From contig CAXTTL010000083.1 of the NCBI GenBank assembly GCA_964247135.1, positions 1-18,203 of the forward strand: a stretch of DNA of 18,203 nt. Direction: 5' to 3'. Source of the DNA: an uncultured Deinococcales bacterium. Its GTDB lineage: Bacteria; Deinococcota; Deinococci; Deinococcales; JAAFIG01. Under the pieces are notes generated by a model. The model was not told the DNA's origin and searched no databases. It was given only the letters and a program-made list of their open reading frames with translations. Below are positions 1-7,964 of this stretch, one piece after another. Every line of letters starts with the position of its first letter. The first letter of the stretch is position 1. The position numbers and the translations under genes are program-made.

Positions 1-477
1 GAATTGGGGTGGAAATCCTTGGGCGTGCTCGAGTTGACCGCGCTGCCCAGCATCGACAAGGAACGCTGGGTTTCCTGGGTTCGGGAGGCAGACGTGCTGC
101 TGGTGAACGGCGGCGACGCGCTGTATCTAAGCCACTGGATGCGGGAATCTGGGCTGGCAGACCTCTTGCCGTCGCTCGAGGCGGTCTGGGTGGGGTTGAG
201 CGCTGGCAGCATGGTCATGACCCCCCGCATCGGGCAGGATTTCGTTGGCTGGAAGCCACCCACTGGCGGCGATGAAACGCTGGGGCTGGTCGATTTTTCG
301 ATTTTCCCGCACCTGGATCACGAGATGCTGCCAGAAAACACCATGGCAGACGCGGAACGCTGGGCAGCCACGATCTCGAATCCGGCGTATGCAATTGACG
401 ACGAGACCGCCATCAAAGTGGTCGATGGCAATCTCGAGGTGGTCTCCGAAGGACATTGGAAATTGTTCACGCATTAG
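1..477 (+). CDS. Peptidase E / S51 family (class I glutamine amidotransferase-like), 5'-truncated by the window edge
   Basis: Frame is open from base 1. Motifs GGDALYL, nucleophile elbow GLSAGS, FPHLD and AIDDETA are typical of S51 peptidases. Stop TAG at 475-477. Confidence 0.85.
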   Translation, partial: ELGWKSLGVLELTALPSIDKERWVSWVREADVLLVNGGDALYLSHWMRESGLADLLPSLEAVWVGLSAGSMVMTPRIGQDFVGWKPPTGGDETLGLVDFSIFPHLDHEMLPENTMADAERWAATISNPAYAIDDETAIKVVDGNLEVVSEGHWKLFTH

Positions 478-489
478 GTCGCTGGGTTG

Positions 490-1116
490 TTAAATCGCAA
501 TCAAACCGTGCCTGATTCCCAAATTCACCGCACTGACACGGCTCGAGACGTTCAATTTCGCATAAATCTGGGCGATGTGAAATTTCACGGTGCTTTGGCT
601 GATCTCGAGTTGCTTGGCAATGGATTTGTTGCCCAAACCCTGCGCCAGCGCTTCCAGCACCTCGAGTTCGCGCGGGGTCAGGTGCTCGAGCAGACCGTCC
701 TCAAGGTCGTAATTTGGCTCCAAATGGCGGTTTAAAAGTTGCTCGAGGATGTTTGGGTTCATGACCGTAAAACCTTGCGCGGCGGCGTGGATCGCGGCTT
801 TCAGTTCAGCCTCGGGCGCGTCGGGGGAGACGAGCGCCCAACCGTGCGGGTTGAACTCGAGCAGATCGCTGGCGGCATTGGTTTGGTCGCTGATGAGCAC
901 AATCGCTGGCAATTCGCGGATGGCATTCAAACTCGAAAGGTCGTCGGTGACGATCACGTCCAGGTTTAAAACCTCGAGTGCGTCAACACCCGAGGTTTGT
1001 CCGCTAACTTCAAAATCATTTTCGAGCAGCGCTTTCAAACCCGCCCGCACCGTGCTGGACCGAGCCACAATCATGATTCGCGGCTCGAGTTGGCTGCTGC
1101 GGATTTCGAGCATCAT
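490..1116 (-). CDS. NarL/LuxR-family response regulator with an atypical receiver domain
   Basis: C-terminal LuxR HTH (LTPRELEVLEALAQGLGNKSIAKQLEISQSTVKFHIAQIYAKLNVSSR). N-terminal REC-like fold (RIMIVARS...DVIVTD). ATGA overlap with the upstream protease at 1113-1116. Confidence 0.9.
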   Translation of the reverse strand: MMLEIRSSQLEPRIMIVARSSTVRAGLKALLENDFEVSGQTSGVDALEVLNLDVIVTDDLSSLNAIRELPAIVLISDQTNAASDLLEFNPHGWALVSPDAPEAELKAAIHAAAQGFTVMNPNILEQLLNRHLEPNYDLEDGLLEHLTPRELEVLEALAQGLGNKSIAKQLEISQSTVKFHIAQIYAKLNVSSRVSAVNLGIRHGLIAI

Positions 1117-1961
1117 GCCGCCTGGGGTTTGGCGTCTGGCATGACCAGAACTTGCTGCACTCGCCCGCCGCGCAAAACCCGAAAATCGAGTGGGTTGGCG
1201 GTCTCCAGCAATTCGAGCAGGGTTTCATGGTGTTCCAAAACCTGCCCTTGTACCTCGAGAATCACATCGCCTGTTTGCAAACCGTCCCGGGCGGCTGGGC
1301 TTTGGGCTTCGAGGTTGACGATCATCAGCCGACTGACCTGGCTGCGCTTGAGTGGAATCTGGACGTGTTGCAAACCCACGCCCAAGAACGCTGGTCGTTT
1401 TGCACTCAAAGCCCAATCTCGAGCGGTGTTGCTTGGAATGGCGATGCCCATGTTTGGCATCCAGACCATCGAATTGATGCCGATCAGTGCGCCGCTCGCA
1501 TTTACCAGCGCCCCGCCAGAATTGCCTGGGCGCAAGGTCACATCGGAGCGAATCAAATCTTTTGGTGCACCGCCTCCAGGCACTTGGGTTTTGCCCAGAC
1601 CCGTGACGATGCCGCGCGTTACCAGCCTTTGCCCCCAAGGATGCCCGATGGCAAACACCAATTCACCGATTCGCAACGCGCTCGAGTCTGCCAATTCCAG
1701 TGGCTCGAGATTGGTGTCCACCTCGAGCAGCGCGAGGTCGAGCCGTTTGTTGGTCTCGAGCACTTTGGCTTGATGTTCTCGCCCGTCAAAGCTGCGAACC
1801 TGGACACTTGCGGCATTCCCGACCACGTGGGCGTTGGTCATGACACGGTTATTCGCCCAGACCACGCCACTGCCCGCCCCTCGAGAGGAGACTTCAACCC
1901 GCACCACGGCTTGTTGCACGCGTTCCAGCATTGGTGCTGTCATGCCGAAAAAATCACTCAT
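1113..1961 (-). CDS. HtrA/S1C-type trypsin-like serine protease with PDZ domain (no signal peptide)
   Basis: Triad motifs TNAHVV, RLDLALL and PGNSGGAL. C-terminal PDZ (FLGV...SPAARDGLQTGDVILEV). Start placed at ATG 1961, which overlaps the upstream stop (ATGA). Confidence 0.9.
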   Translation of the reverse strand: MSDFFGMTAPMLERVQQAVVRVEVSSRGAGSGVVWANNRVMTNAHVVGNAASVQVRSFDGREHQAKVLETNKRLDLALLEVDTNLEPLELADSSALRIGELVFAIGHPWGQRLVTRGIVTGLGKTQVPGGGAPKDLIRSDVTLRPGNSGGALVNASGALIGINSMVWMPNMGIAIPSNTARDWALSAKRPAFLGVGLQHVQIPLKRSQVSRLMIVNLEAQSPAARDGLQTGDVILEVQGQVLEHHETLLELLETANPLDFRVLRGGRVQQVLVMPDAKPQAA

Positions 1962-2920
1962 CGTCCGCCCCGTCCGCGTCCCCACCCACCACGTCCTTCG
2001 CCATGTTCGCCGCGTCCTCGTCCATCGCGTTCATTTTGACGCTGTGGGCGTTCGCCAACCGTGACCTTGATCGTCTCGAGTTTGCCACCACGAATCAAAC
2101 TGGCACTGACCGCATCGCCCACGCCAACGCCCGCCAGACCCTCGAGCAAATCGTTCGCATCCTCGAGTTTGTGATCGTTGAGCGCAAGCAGAATGTCGCC
2201 GACCAGAATGCCGGCGTGTTCGGCGGGACTCTCAGACTCGACGCGAATCACCAGCAAGCCAAGTTCCTGATCGCTGACTTTTTTCGATAAGCGCACGGGT
2301 TGCCCAGCCACGCCCAGATAACCGCGTTTGCTGACCTTGCCGTTTTGAATGTTCTCGGCGGCGGTCCAAGCGAGTTGTGCGGGAATCCCCAAACCCACGC
2401 CGCGCATGATGCCCGCGTTGGTCACAGCCAGAACCTCGCCGCTGGCATTGACAATCGCGCCGCCCGAGCAGCCAGGAAATGGCATCGCATCGGTGCGCAC
2501 CACAGCCTCGAGCATCGACCCGCGCCCAAAACGCAAGCCGTGACTGGCGCTGACGATGCCGTGCGATGCCATCACACTGCTCGAGGTTTGGGCGACCATC
2601 AACACCAATTCCCCAACCCGAGCGGCTTGGCTCGAGATTTTCACAGGCTCGAGTTTGAGGTCTGGCACGCGCAACAATGCCAGATCGGTCTGTGGGTCAC
2701 GCCCGATCACGGTCGCCTGGAGTTTGCGACCGTCGGAAGTTTCGATGTGAACCGTTTCCGAACGCTCGAGCACGTGGGCGGTGGTCAATATCAAATCTGG
2801 CGCGTAGACCAAACCGCTGATGGCGGCTCTTGGCGCGTGAACGGTGACGATGCTGGTTTGGACGCCTGCGACGGCATCGGCGAGGGCGGAAGACAAAGCC
2901 GTTAAAGAAGTTTCATTCAT
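1958..2920 (-). CDS. HtrA/S1C-type trypsin-like serine protease with PDZ domain and RGG-rich tail (no signal peptide)
   Basis: Motifs TTAHVL, DPQTDLALL and PGCSGGA. PDZ (GYLGV...SPAEHAGILVGDILLAL). C-terminus GRGRGEHGEGRGGWGRGRGGR. Confidence 0.9.
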   Translation of the reverse strand: MNETSLTALSSALADAVAGVQTSIVTVHAPRAAISGLVYAPDLILTTAHVLERSETVHIETSDGRKLQATVIGRDPQTDLALLRVPDLKLEPVKISSQAARVGELVLMVAQTSSSVMASHGIVSASHGLRFGRGSMLEAVVRTDAMPFPGCSGGAIVNASGEVLAVTNAGIMRGVGLGIPAQLAWTAAENIQNGKVSKRGYLGVAGQPVRLSKKVSDQELGLLVIRVESESPAEHAGILVGDILLALNDHKLEDANDLLEGLAGVGVGDAVSASLIRGGKLETIKVTVGERPQRQNERDGRGRGEHGEGRGGWGRGRGGR

Positions 2921-2926
2921 GCCGCA

Positions 2927-2932
2927 AGTTTA
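2927..2932 (-). promoter_or_regulatory. -10 box (TAAACT) of a leaderless promoter for the protease operon
   Basis: Minus strand reads TAAACT-N6-ATG(2920); no Shine-Dalgarno sequence. Confidence 0.65.
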
Positions 2933-2954
2933 AAGATTCTCGAGCCTCGCCACA

Positions 2955-2993
2955 CCCGCCGTTTGGTCGGGGCGCACCTGTCCGAACGGTCAG
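2955..2993. promoter_or_regulatory. Two candidate NarL-type 7-2-7 operator sites
   Basis: CTGTCCG-AA-CGGTCAG at 2978-2993 (6/7 inverted match) and a more degenerate CCCGCCG-TT-TGGTCGG at 2955-2970, 23 bp apart, upstream of the operon that encodes the LuxR regulator. Confidence 0.4.
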
Positions 2994-3880
2994 TTGGTGT
3001 TTGCCTTCAAAAACGCCAGCGCCGTTTTCCAGGCTGCCAAAGATTCTTGCAACTGCACGCCCTTCAAGGCATCTCGAGTGTTGATGAACCCATGACCAGA
3101 GTTCGGATAGACCTTCAAGGTCACAGGACGCTCGAGTTTGGTCAAGCCATCAAACAAAAATTGCGCCTGCTCGAGCGGAACAATCGTGTCTTTTGCGCCC
3201 TGCAAAATCAGGGTCGGCATGGTCGCAGGGATTTGCGGCAAATAATTTAAGCCGTTGCGAATCGCAAAACTTTGCGGTCTGTCGTTTGGTCCCTGCCCAT
3301 AAGTGTCTTTGGTCAGTTGGTCCTTGCCGAGTTGGTTGGAATCGATCAAATACTGATACCAACGGTAAATGTCCGAGACGCCGTAAGCGTAAACCAACGC
3401 CCGCACATCACGGCTTTTTGCGGCAGCCAACAAACCAATGATCGCCCCGTGCGAGGTGCCCATCATGGCAATGCGTTTGGGATCAACTCGAGCTTGGGTT
3501 TTGAGCCAGTCAATGCCTGCCAGCACATCATCGACCTCGCCCTTCTCGACTTCAACGCGCCCTTCGCTGCCCTCCTCGCCACGGTAGGAACTGCCAAAAA
3601 CGATAAACCCCGCCGCCGCCAGTTCGCGGCAACGTTTTAAGGTCCCGCTCGAGAAACCCGTGACGCCGCCGTGGTTGTACAAGACCGCAGGGGCAACGCC
3701 AGAACCGCTTGGAAACCACACCCGAGCCGTAATCTTGAGTTTCCCTGAAAGGTACGTGATGCGTTCTTCACGCACCCCAGTTTGCGAAACCCCACTCGAG
3801 AAACCTAGCATTGATACAATACAAATCAAAGCCCAAAACCCAAAGGGCGCATGGCGATGCGCCCCTACAAAATTCTTCAC
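2990..3880 (-). CDS. Alpha/beta hydrolase, S9 peptidase / dienelactone hydrolase-like, probably exported
   Basis: NHGG oxyanion motif, GTSHG nucleophile, QGAKDTIV (Asp) and SGHGF (His). Hydrophobic N-terminus. GTG start overlaps the udk stop (GTGA); start is uncertain. Confidence 0.85.
   Translation of the reverse strand: MKNFVGAHRHAPFGFWALICIVSMLGFSSGVSQTGVREERITYLSGKLKITARVWFPSGSGVAPAVLYNHGGVTGFSSGTLKRCRELAAAGFIVFGSSYRGEEGSEGRVEVEKGEVDDVLAGIDWLKTQARVDPKRIAMMGTSHGAIIGLLAAAKSRDVRALVYAYGVSDIYRWYQYLIDSNQLGKDQLTKDTYGQGPNDRPQSFAIRNGLNYLPQIPATMPTLILQGAKDTIVPLEQAQFLFDGLTKLERPVTLKVYPNSGHGFINTRDALKGVQLQESLAAWKTALAFLKANTN
3845..3868 (-). repeat. REP-like element, copy 1 (GTAG-GGGCGCAT-CGCC-ATGCGCCC)
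   Basis: GTAG tetranucleotide followed by a perfect 8-bp stem and 4-nt loop, 8 nt downstream of the udk stop. 21/24 identical to 4979-5002. Confidence 0.75.
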
Positions 3881-4524
3881 GAAATCGCCTGAATTCTGGC
3901 TGCCAACATCTCGAGCGCGGGTTCGTTCATGCCACCGTGCGGAATGATCACATCGGCATAACGCTTGGTCGGTTCGATAAATTGCAAATGGCTGGGGCGC
4001 ACCGTCTCGAGGTACTGATGAATCACGCTTTCGGGCGAGCGCCCCCGTTCGCGCACGTCACGCTCGAGCCGCCTGATAAAACGCACGTCCGCATCGGCAT
4101 CGACAAAGACTTTGAGATTGAACAACTCGCGCAACCTGGCTTCGTACAAGACCAGAATGCCTTCGACCACGATGATCGGCGCGGGCAATACCGCTATCGT
4201 GGTGCTGGCTCGGGTGTCGTTGGAAAAATCGTAAATCGGCGAGTAAATCGGTTCGCCCTGAGAGAGTTTGACAATGTGATCGCACAACAAATCCCAGTCA
4301 AAGGCGTCAGGATGATCATAATTGGTGCCACGGCGTTCCTCGAGCGGCTTGTGGTCCTGGTTGTTGTAATACGAATCCTGGGCTAAGAGTGCCACGCTGC
4401 CAACCCCAGCCACCTCCAAAACGCGTTCGGTGACGGTGGTTTTGCCGCTGCCCGTGCCGCCAGCCACCCCAATAATAAAAGGTGGACGCAACGCCGTGGT
4501 GAATTCGGTGAGGGTGTTTGACAT
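3877..4524 (-). CDS. udk: Uridine kinase
   Basis: IIGVAGGTGSGKTT P-loop, QDSYY, NYDHPDAFD, IIVVEGIL, RRLERDVRERGR and FIEPTKRYADVIIP. Confidence 0.97.
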   Translation of the reverse strand: MSNTLTEFTTALRPPFIIGVAGGTGSGKTTVTERVLEVAGVGSVALLAQDSYYNNQDHKPLEERRGTNYDHPDAFDWDLLCDHIVKLSQGEPIYSPIYDFSNDTRASTTIAVLPAPIIVVEGILVLYEARLRELFNLKVFVDADADVRFIRRLERDVRERGRSPESVIHQYLETVRPSHLQFIEPTKRYADVIIPHGGMNEPALEMLAARIQAIS

Positions 4525-4625
4525 TGATGGTCATGATACTTTGCTACCCGAGCCAGACTCAAGCTTAAGCAATCACTCAACACCCATCACACCCGAGGCT
4601 TGCGCTTTAAGTTACAATGAACCCA

Positions 4626-4976
4626 ATGAAGGCTTTGCAATGGATTCAAGTGCTCTTGTTGGTCGCGTTTATCGCCTACCTGGTCACGTTTCATTTTCAA
4701 AACCCTGGTGGCGTGGTGTTCTGGACGCCATTCACAGGAATGCTCGGCACGACCAGCAGCGCGGCGTTGCTGATCGGCTTTTTGCTGGGATTGTTTTACG
4801 CCCTGTTTTTGTTCGTGCCCCAAATCTGGAAACGCTCGAGCACCGTGCGCGGTTTGCAACGCAAAATTCGTGAACTCGAGGCGGAGAACGCCAAATTGCG
4901 CCCCGTCGCCAATTCGCCCGTCATTCCAGACCGCAATACAACCCTCGAGAATGTGCGCGGCAAGGGTGGGTTGTAA
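4626..4976 (+). CDS. LapA-family (DUF1049-like) small membrane protein
   Basis: Two TM segments, an FQNP motif after TM1 and a coiled-coil C-terminus (LQRKIRELEAENAKLR). Start placed at ATG 4626 because TACAAT (4613-4618) lies 7 nt upstream. Confidence 0.7.
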   Translation: MKALQWIQVLLLVAFIAYLVTFHFQNPGGVVFWTPFTGMLGTTSSAALLIGFLLGLFYALFLFVPQIWKRSSTVRGLQRKIRELEAENAKLRPVANSPVIPDRNTTLENVRGKGGL

Positions 4977-4978
4977 CC

Positions 4979-5002
4979 GTGGGGACGCATCGCCATGCGT
5001 CC
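4979..5002 (+). repeat. REP-like element, copy 2 (GTGG-GGACGCAT-CGCC-ATGCGTCC)
   Basis: Perfect 8-bp stem with the same CGCC loop as copy 1. It starts 2 nt after the stop of the LapA-like gene, between convergent genes. Confidence 0.75.
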
Positions 5003-5010
5003 TGCTTGTT

Positions 5011-5814
5011 TCAAAGTTTCTGACATCCTGGGCAAAAATGCGTGCCGCGTTGCCCCAACCAGTATTTTTCGATGGTTGTCCCGCACCGTGGGCAAGCTTT
5101 TCCAGCCGAGTCGTAAACATGATGCTCGAGTTGAAAGTACCCTGGGTTGCCGTCGGGTTGCTGGTAGGAATTGTCCGAGAGCGTGCTGCCCCCAGCTTTC
5201 ACGGCTCGGGTCATGACTTGGATGATGGCGGTGTGCAAGCGCTTGCTTTGGGCTTTGGTCAGCTTGCTGGCTTCGGGATGAATTTTGGCAGCCCAGAGAC
5301 TCTCGTCGGCGTAAATATTGCCGACGCCAGCCACGGGTTTTTGACTTAAGAGCGCGGGTTTGACCTTGGAAACTTTTGCCATTGCTTTCGCAAAAGCCTC
5401 GAGTTTGAAATCTTCACCGAGCGGTTCTGGACCCATTGCAAAGAGCGTGCCAATGTGCGCCCAAGCGTTTTTGGGAACGACTTCCCAGAATCCAAACCGC
5501 CGAGCATCCACATAACTGACCTCGCCCGCGTCGGTGGTCAAGCGCAGGCGTTCAAAACGTGGAATGTCTTCACCCTGGTTTGGAAATCGAAACCCGCCCG
5601 TCATTTTAAGGTGCACGATCACATCCTGATCGTCTTCCAGCCTGAAGATTAAATACTTTCCGCGACGCTCGAGCGCTGTGATTTTGCGCCCGACGGCGTT
5701 CAAGGTGTTGCGGTATCGTTCGGGGTCGCTGTGGACAATACCCGTGATTGTTTTTCCCAGCAAATACGGCTCGAGGGCGCGGCGGGTGGTTTCGACTTCT
5801 GGAAGTTCGGGCAT
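5011..5814 (-). CDS. mutM: Formamidopyrimidine-DNA glycosylase / AP lyase
   Basis: N-terminal MPELPEVE, RRGKYL, HLKMTG, DARRFG, H2TH motif VAGVGNIYADESL and zinc finger CPRC...CPGCQ. Confidence 0.98.
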   Translation of the reverse strand: MPELPEVETTRRALEPYLLGKTITGIVHSDPERYRNTLNAVGRKITALERRGKYLIFRLEDDQDVIVHLKMTGGFRFPNQGEDIPRFERLRLTTDAGEVSYVDARRFGFWEVVPKNAWAHIGTLFAMGPEPLGEDFKLEAFAKAMAKVSKVKPALLSQKPVAGVGNIYADESLWAAKIHPEASKLTKAQSKRLHTAIIQVMTRAVKAGGSTLSDNSYQQPDGNPGYFQLEHHVYDSAGKACPRCGTTIEKYWLGQRGTHFCPGCQKL

Positions 5815-6054
5815 GAATAACGCAGTTTAGGACTTTTGGAACGGTGCAATTGTGTGGTCGCTCGAGATGCGAAATGACTTTGGTGCAGACTTGTATTTTT
5901 GAAAGTTTTTCTCGAGTGCGAGAGATTGATCTCATCATATTTTTTAAGGCACAAAACCCGACCAAAGTCGATACGCTTCGCATTATTCATTCAGGTTCAG
6001 TTCAGCTTAAAGGTAGAAACTTTAGAAAGTTCAGGATCAACAAAGGAGAACTTC

Positions 6055-7164
6055 ATGAAAAGTCTAAAGATCATCAGCGTGATCGTCTCGAGTGCCTTGG
6101 CACTCAGCCTCAGCGCCTGCAACACCACACCAATCGCCAACGGCAGCGCCCAACTCGTTTCAGGTCCAATCACCGCTCTCAGCGCCAGCAGCCTGACGGT
6201 CAGTGGCAAGACATTTTCGCTGAACGGTGCCGCCGCAAAATCCAGAAGCAAAGCCCCAACCAACGTCAGCATCAACGGTGATGCCGCCAAACCGGCAGCG
6301 CTCAGTGTGGGACAACACGTGACCGTCAAAGCCGACGGTACGGACGCCACCGACGTTGACATCGACCTCGAGCTGAAAGGCACAATTACCACTGTCGATC
6401 CAGTTGGTGGCACCATTGATATTGCGGGTCAGATCGTGATTGTCTCGAGTCTCACCCGCATTGACCTGGGTAACGATGATGATGCCGCACCCAGCACCAC
6501 GCACACCATCAGCGATCTTAAAGCGGGCGATTTTGTCGAAGTCACCGGCACAACCGATCCTGTTACCGGTAACATCACCGCCAGCAAAATCGAAGTCAAA
6601 ACCGACAAGGAAATTGGCGAAGACGGAGATCACAAAGACAACCACATCAAAGGCGCAGTCAGTGGTTTGGTGGCTGGCGCGACCAGCTTCACCCTTGGCA
6701 CGATCACCGTCAACTGCGTTGCACCTTGCACCCTGCCAACAGGCTTAAAAGATGGCGATGTCGTTCATGTTGAAGGCGTGCTCGATGCGACAGGCTTAAT
6801 TTTGACCGCCACAAAAGTGAAACTCGATGGAGAATCCCACAAGCATCCACTCCCAGGCTCGAGCGTTGTTTTGGATCGTAAAATCATGCTGCTTGATGAA
6901 GCCACCAAAACCTTTAAACTCTGCTACTTGACCGTGGATTACTCGACAGCAACCGTGACTGGAACGCTGGCTACCAAAGCTCGAGTTAAAGTTGAAGGCG
7001 TGGTTGATGCCACCGACGCAACTTTGGTTCATGCGACCACCGTCACTGTTTTAGCCGCCGATGAACCCAACGATGACGGCAGTCACGGCGATCACGGGCA
7101 TCATCACGGCGCAAATGGTGGCGTTCCTGGAACTGGCGGCAACTCAGAAAACCCTGGCAAGTAA
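6055..7164 (+). CDS. Lipoprotein with repeated DUF5666-like beta domains and a His-rich tail
   Basis: SD AAGGAG before ATG 6055 and lipobox LSA-C. Repeated units (LSVGQHVTVKA, LKAGDFVEVTG, LKDGDVVHVEG, LATKARVKVEG). C-terminal DDGSHGDHGHHHG. Confidence 0.8.
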   Translation: MKSLKIISVIVSSALALSLSACNTTPIANGSAQLVSGPITALSASSLTVSGKTFSLNGAAAKSRSKAPTNVSINGDAAKPAALSVGQHVTVKADGTDATDVDIDLELKGTITTVDPVGGTIDIAGQIVIVSSLTRIDLGNDDDAAPSTTHTISDLKAGDFVEVTGTTDPVTGNITASKIEVKTDKEIGEDGDHKDNHIKGAVSGLVAGATSFTLGTITVNCVAPCTLPTGLKDGDVVHVEGVLDATGLILTATKVKLDGESHKHPLPGSSVVLDRKIMLLDEATKTFKLCYLTVDYSTATVTGTLATKARVKVEGVVDATDATLVHATTVTVLAADEPNDDGSHGDHGHHHGANGGVPGTGGNSENPGK

Positions 7165-7179
7165 ATATTAAATGCAGGC

Positions 7180-7212
7180 AAGAACTCGAGGATCAACCTC
7201 GAGTTCTTTTTT
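7180..7212. terminator. Intrinsic terminator between convergent genes
   Basis: 12-bp stem AAGAACTCGAGG / CCTCGAGTTCTT with loop ATCAA, running into a T tract. Each arm contains CTCGAG. Confidence 0.85.
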
Positions 7213-7215
7213 GGT

Positions 7216-7908
7216 TTAAAACTGCAAAGTTCCCTCATACAATGCCCGCCCAACAATCGCGCCTTCAATCCCGACACGCTCGAGCAAATCCAAATCCTTG
7301 CTGCCTGCCACACCGCCACCCGCCACCAAACGCCCAGCCCAAGCCGCCCGAATTTCCTCGAGCGGGCGCTCGTCCAAACCCTCGAGCGTGCCGTCACGGG
7401 TGACATCGGTGTAAATCAGGGTGCGCACGCCCTGCGCCCAGACTTTTGCGGCAAGGTCTGTGGCGTGCGTGTGACTGGTTTGTGCCCAACCATTCACCGC
7501 CACCAAACCGTCACGCGCATCAATGCTGACAATCACCGCGCCCACCCCGAAAGACTCGAGGATGCTGTCCACAATTTCAGGATTCGTGACCGCCACCGTG
7601 CCGATCACGACCTGTTGTACGCCACCCTTGAGCAAGATTTTTGCGGCATCTAAACTCCGCACCCCGCCGCCAACCTCAACGGGAACATTCAACGTTTTGG
7701 CAATCTCGAGAATGATGCTGCGGTTTTCACCCGCGCCCGTCGCTGCATCCAAATCCACCAGATGCACCAAGCCCGCGCCCTTGGACACCCAGTGCTTTGC
7801 CGCCTCGAGCGGATGCTCAAAATACACAGTCTCGAGTTTCGGATCGCCCTTAAACAACCTAACGGCACGACCACGTTGAATGTCCACGCAAGGAATCACT
7901 TCGACCAT
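7216..7908 (-). CDS. hisA: ProFAR isomerase (histidine biosynthesis)
   Basis: VIPCVDIQRGRAVRL, HLVDLDAA, VEVGGGVRS, YTDVTRDGTLEG and GAIVGRALY. True start ATG 7908 with TACGCT 6 nt upstream; the extension to 8121 in the ORF track is spurious. Confidence 0.96.
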   Translation of the reverse strand: MVEVIPCVDIQRGRAVRLFKGDPKLETVYFEHPLEAAKHWVSKGAGLVHLVDLDAATGAGENRSIILEIAKTLNVPVEVGGGVRSLDAAKILLKGGVQQVVIGTVAVTNPEIVDSILESFGVGAVIVSIDARDGLVAVNGWAQTSHTHATDLAAKVWAQGVRTLIYTDVTRDGTLEGLDERPLEEIRAAWAGRLVAGGGVAGSKDLDLLERVGIEGAIVGRALYEGTLQF

Positions 7909-7914
7909 GGTGGA

Positions 7915-7958
7915 AGCGTAACACAAGGACTTTCGGTCTGGAACTCGAGCGTTAAACT
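7915..7958. promoter_or_regulatory. Back-to-back divergent leaderless -10 boxes
   Basis: Minus strand: TG-T-TACGCT (7915-7920)-N6-ATG of hisA. Plus strand: TAAACT (7953-7958)-N6-GTG 7965. Confidence 0.65.
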
Positions 7959-7964
7959 TTTCTG

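Noticed and set aside
997-2905. Long plus-strand ORFs (997-1773, 1152-2039, 2300-2905) opposite the protease operon
   Set aside because: Antisense shadows of well-supported genes, with no recognisable motifs.
5899-6054. N-terminal extension of the DUF5666-like ORF from TTG 5899
   Set aside because: The SD and lipoprotein signal peptide place the start at ATG 6055.
7216-7908. hisA outside a his operon
   Set aside because: Dispersed his genes are common in many bacteria and not remarkable on their own.
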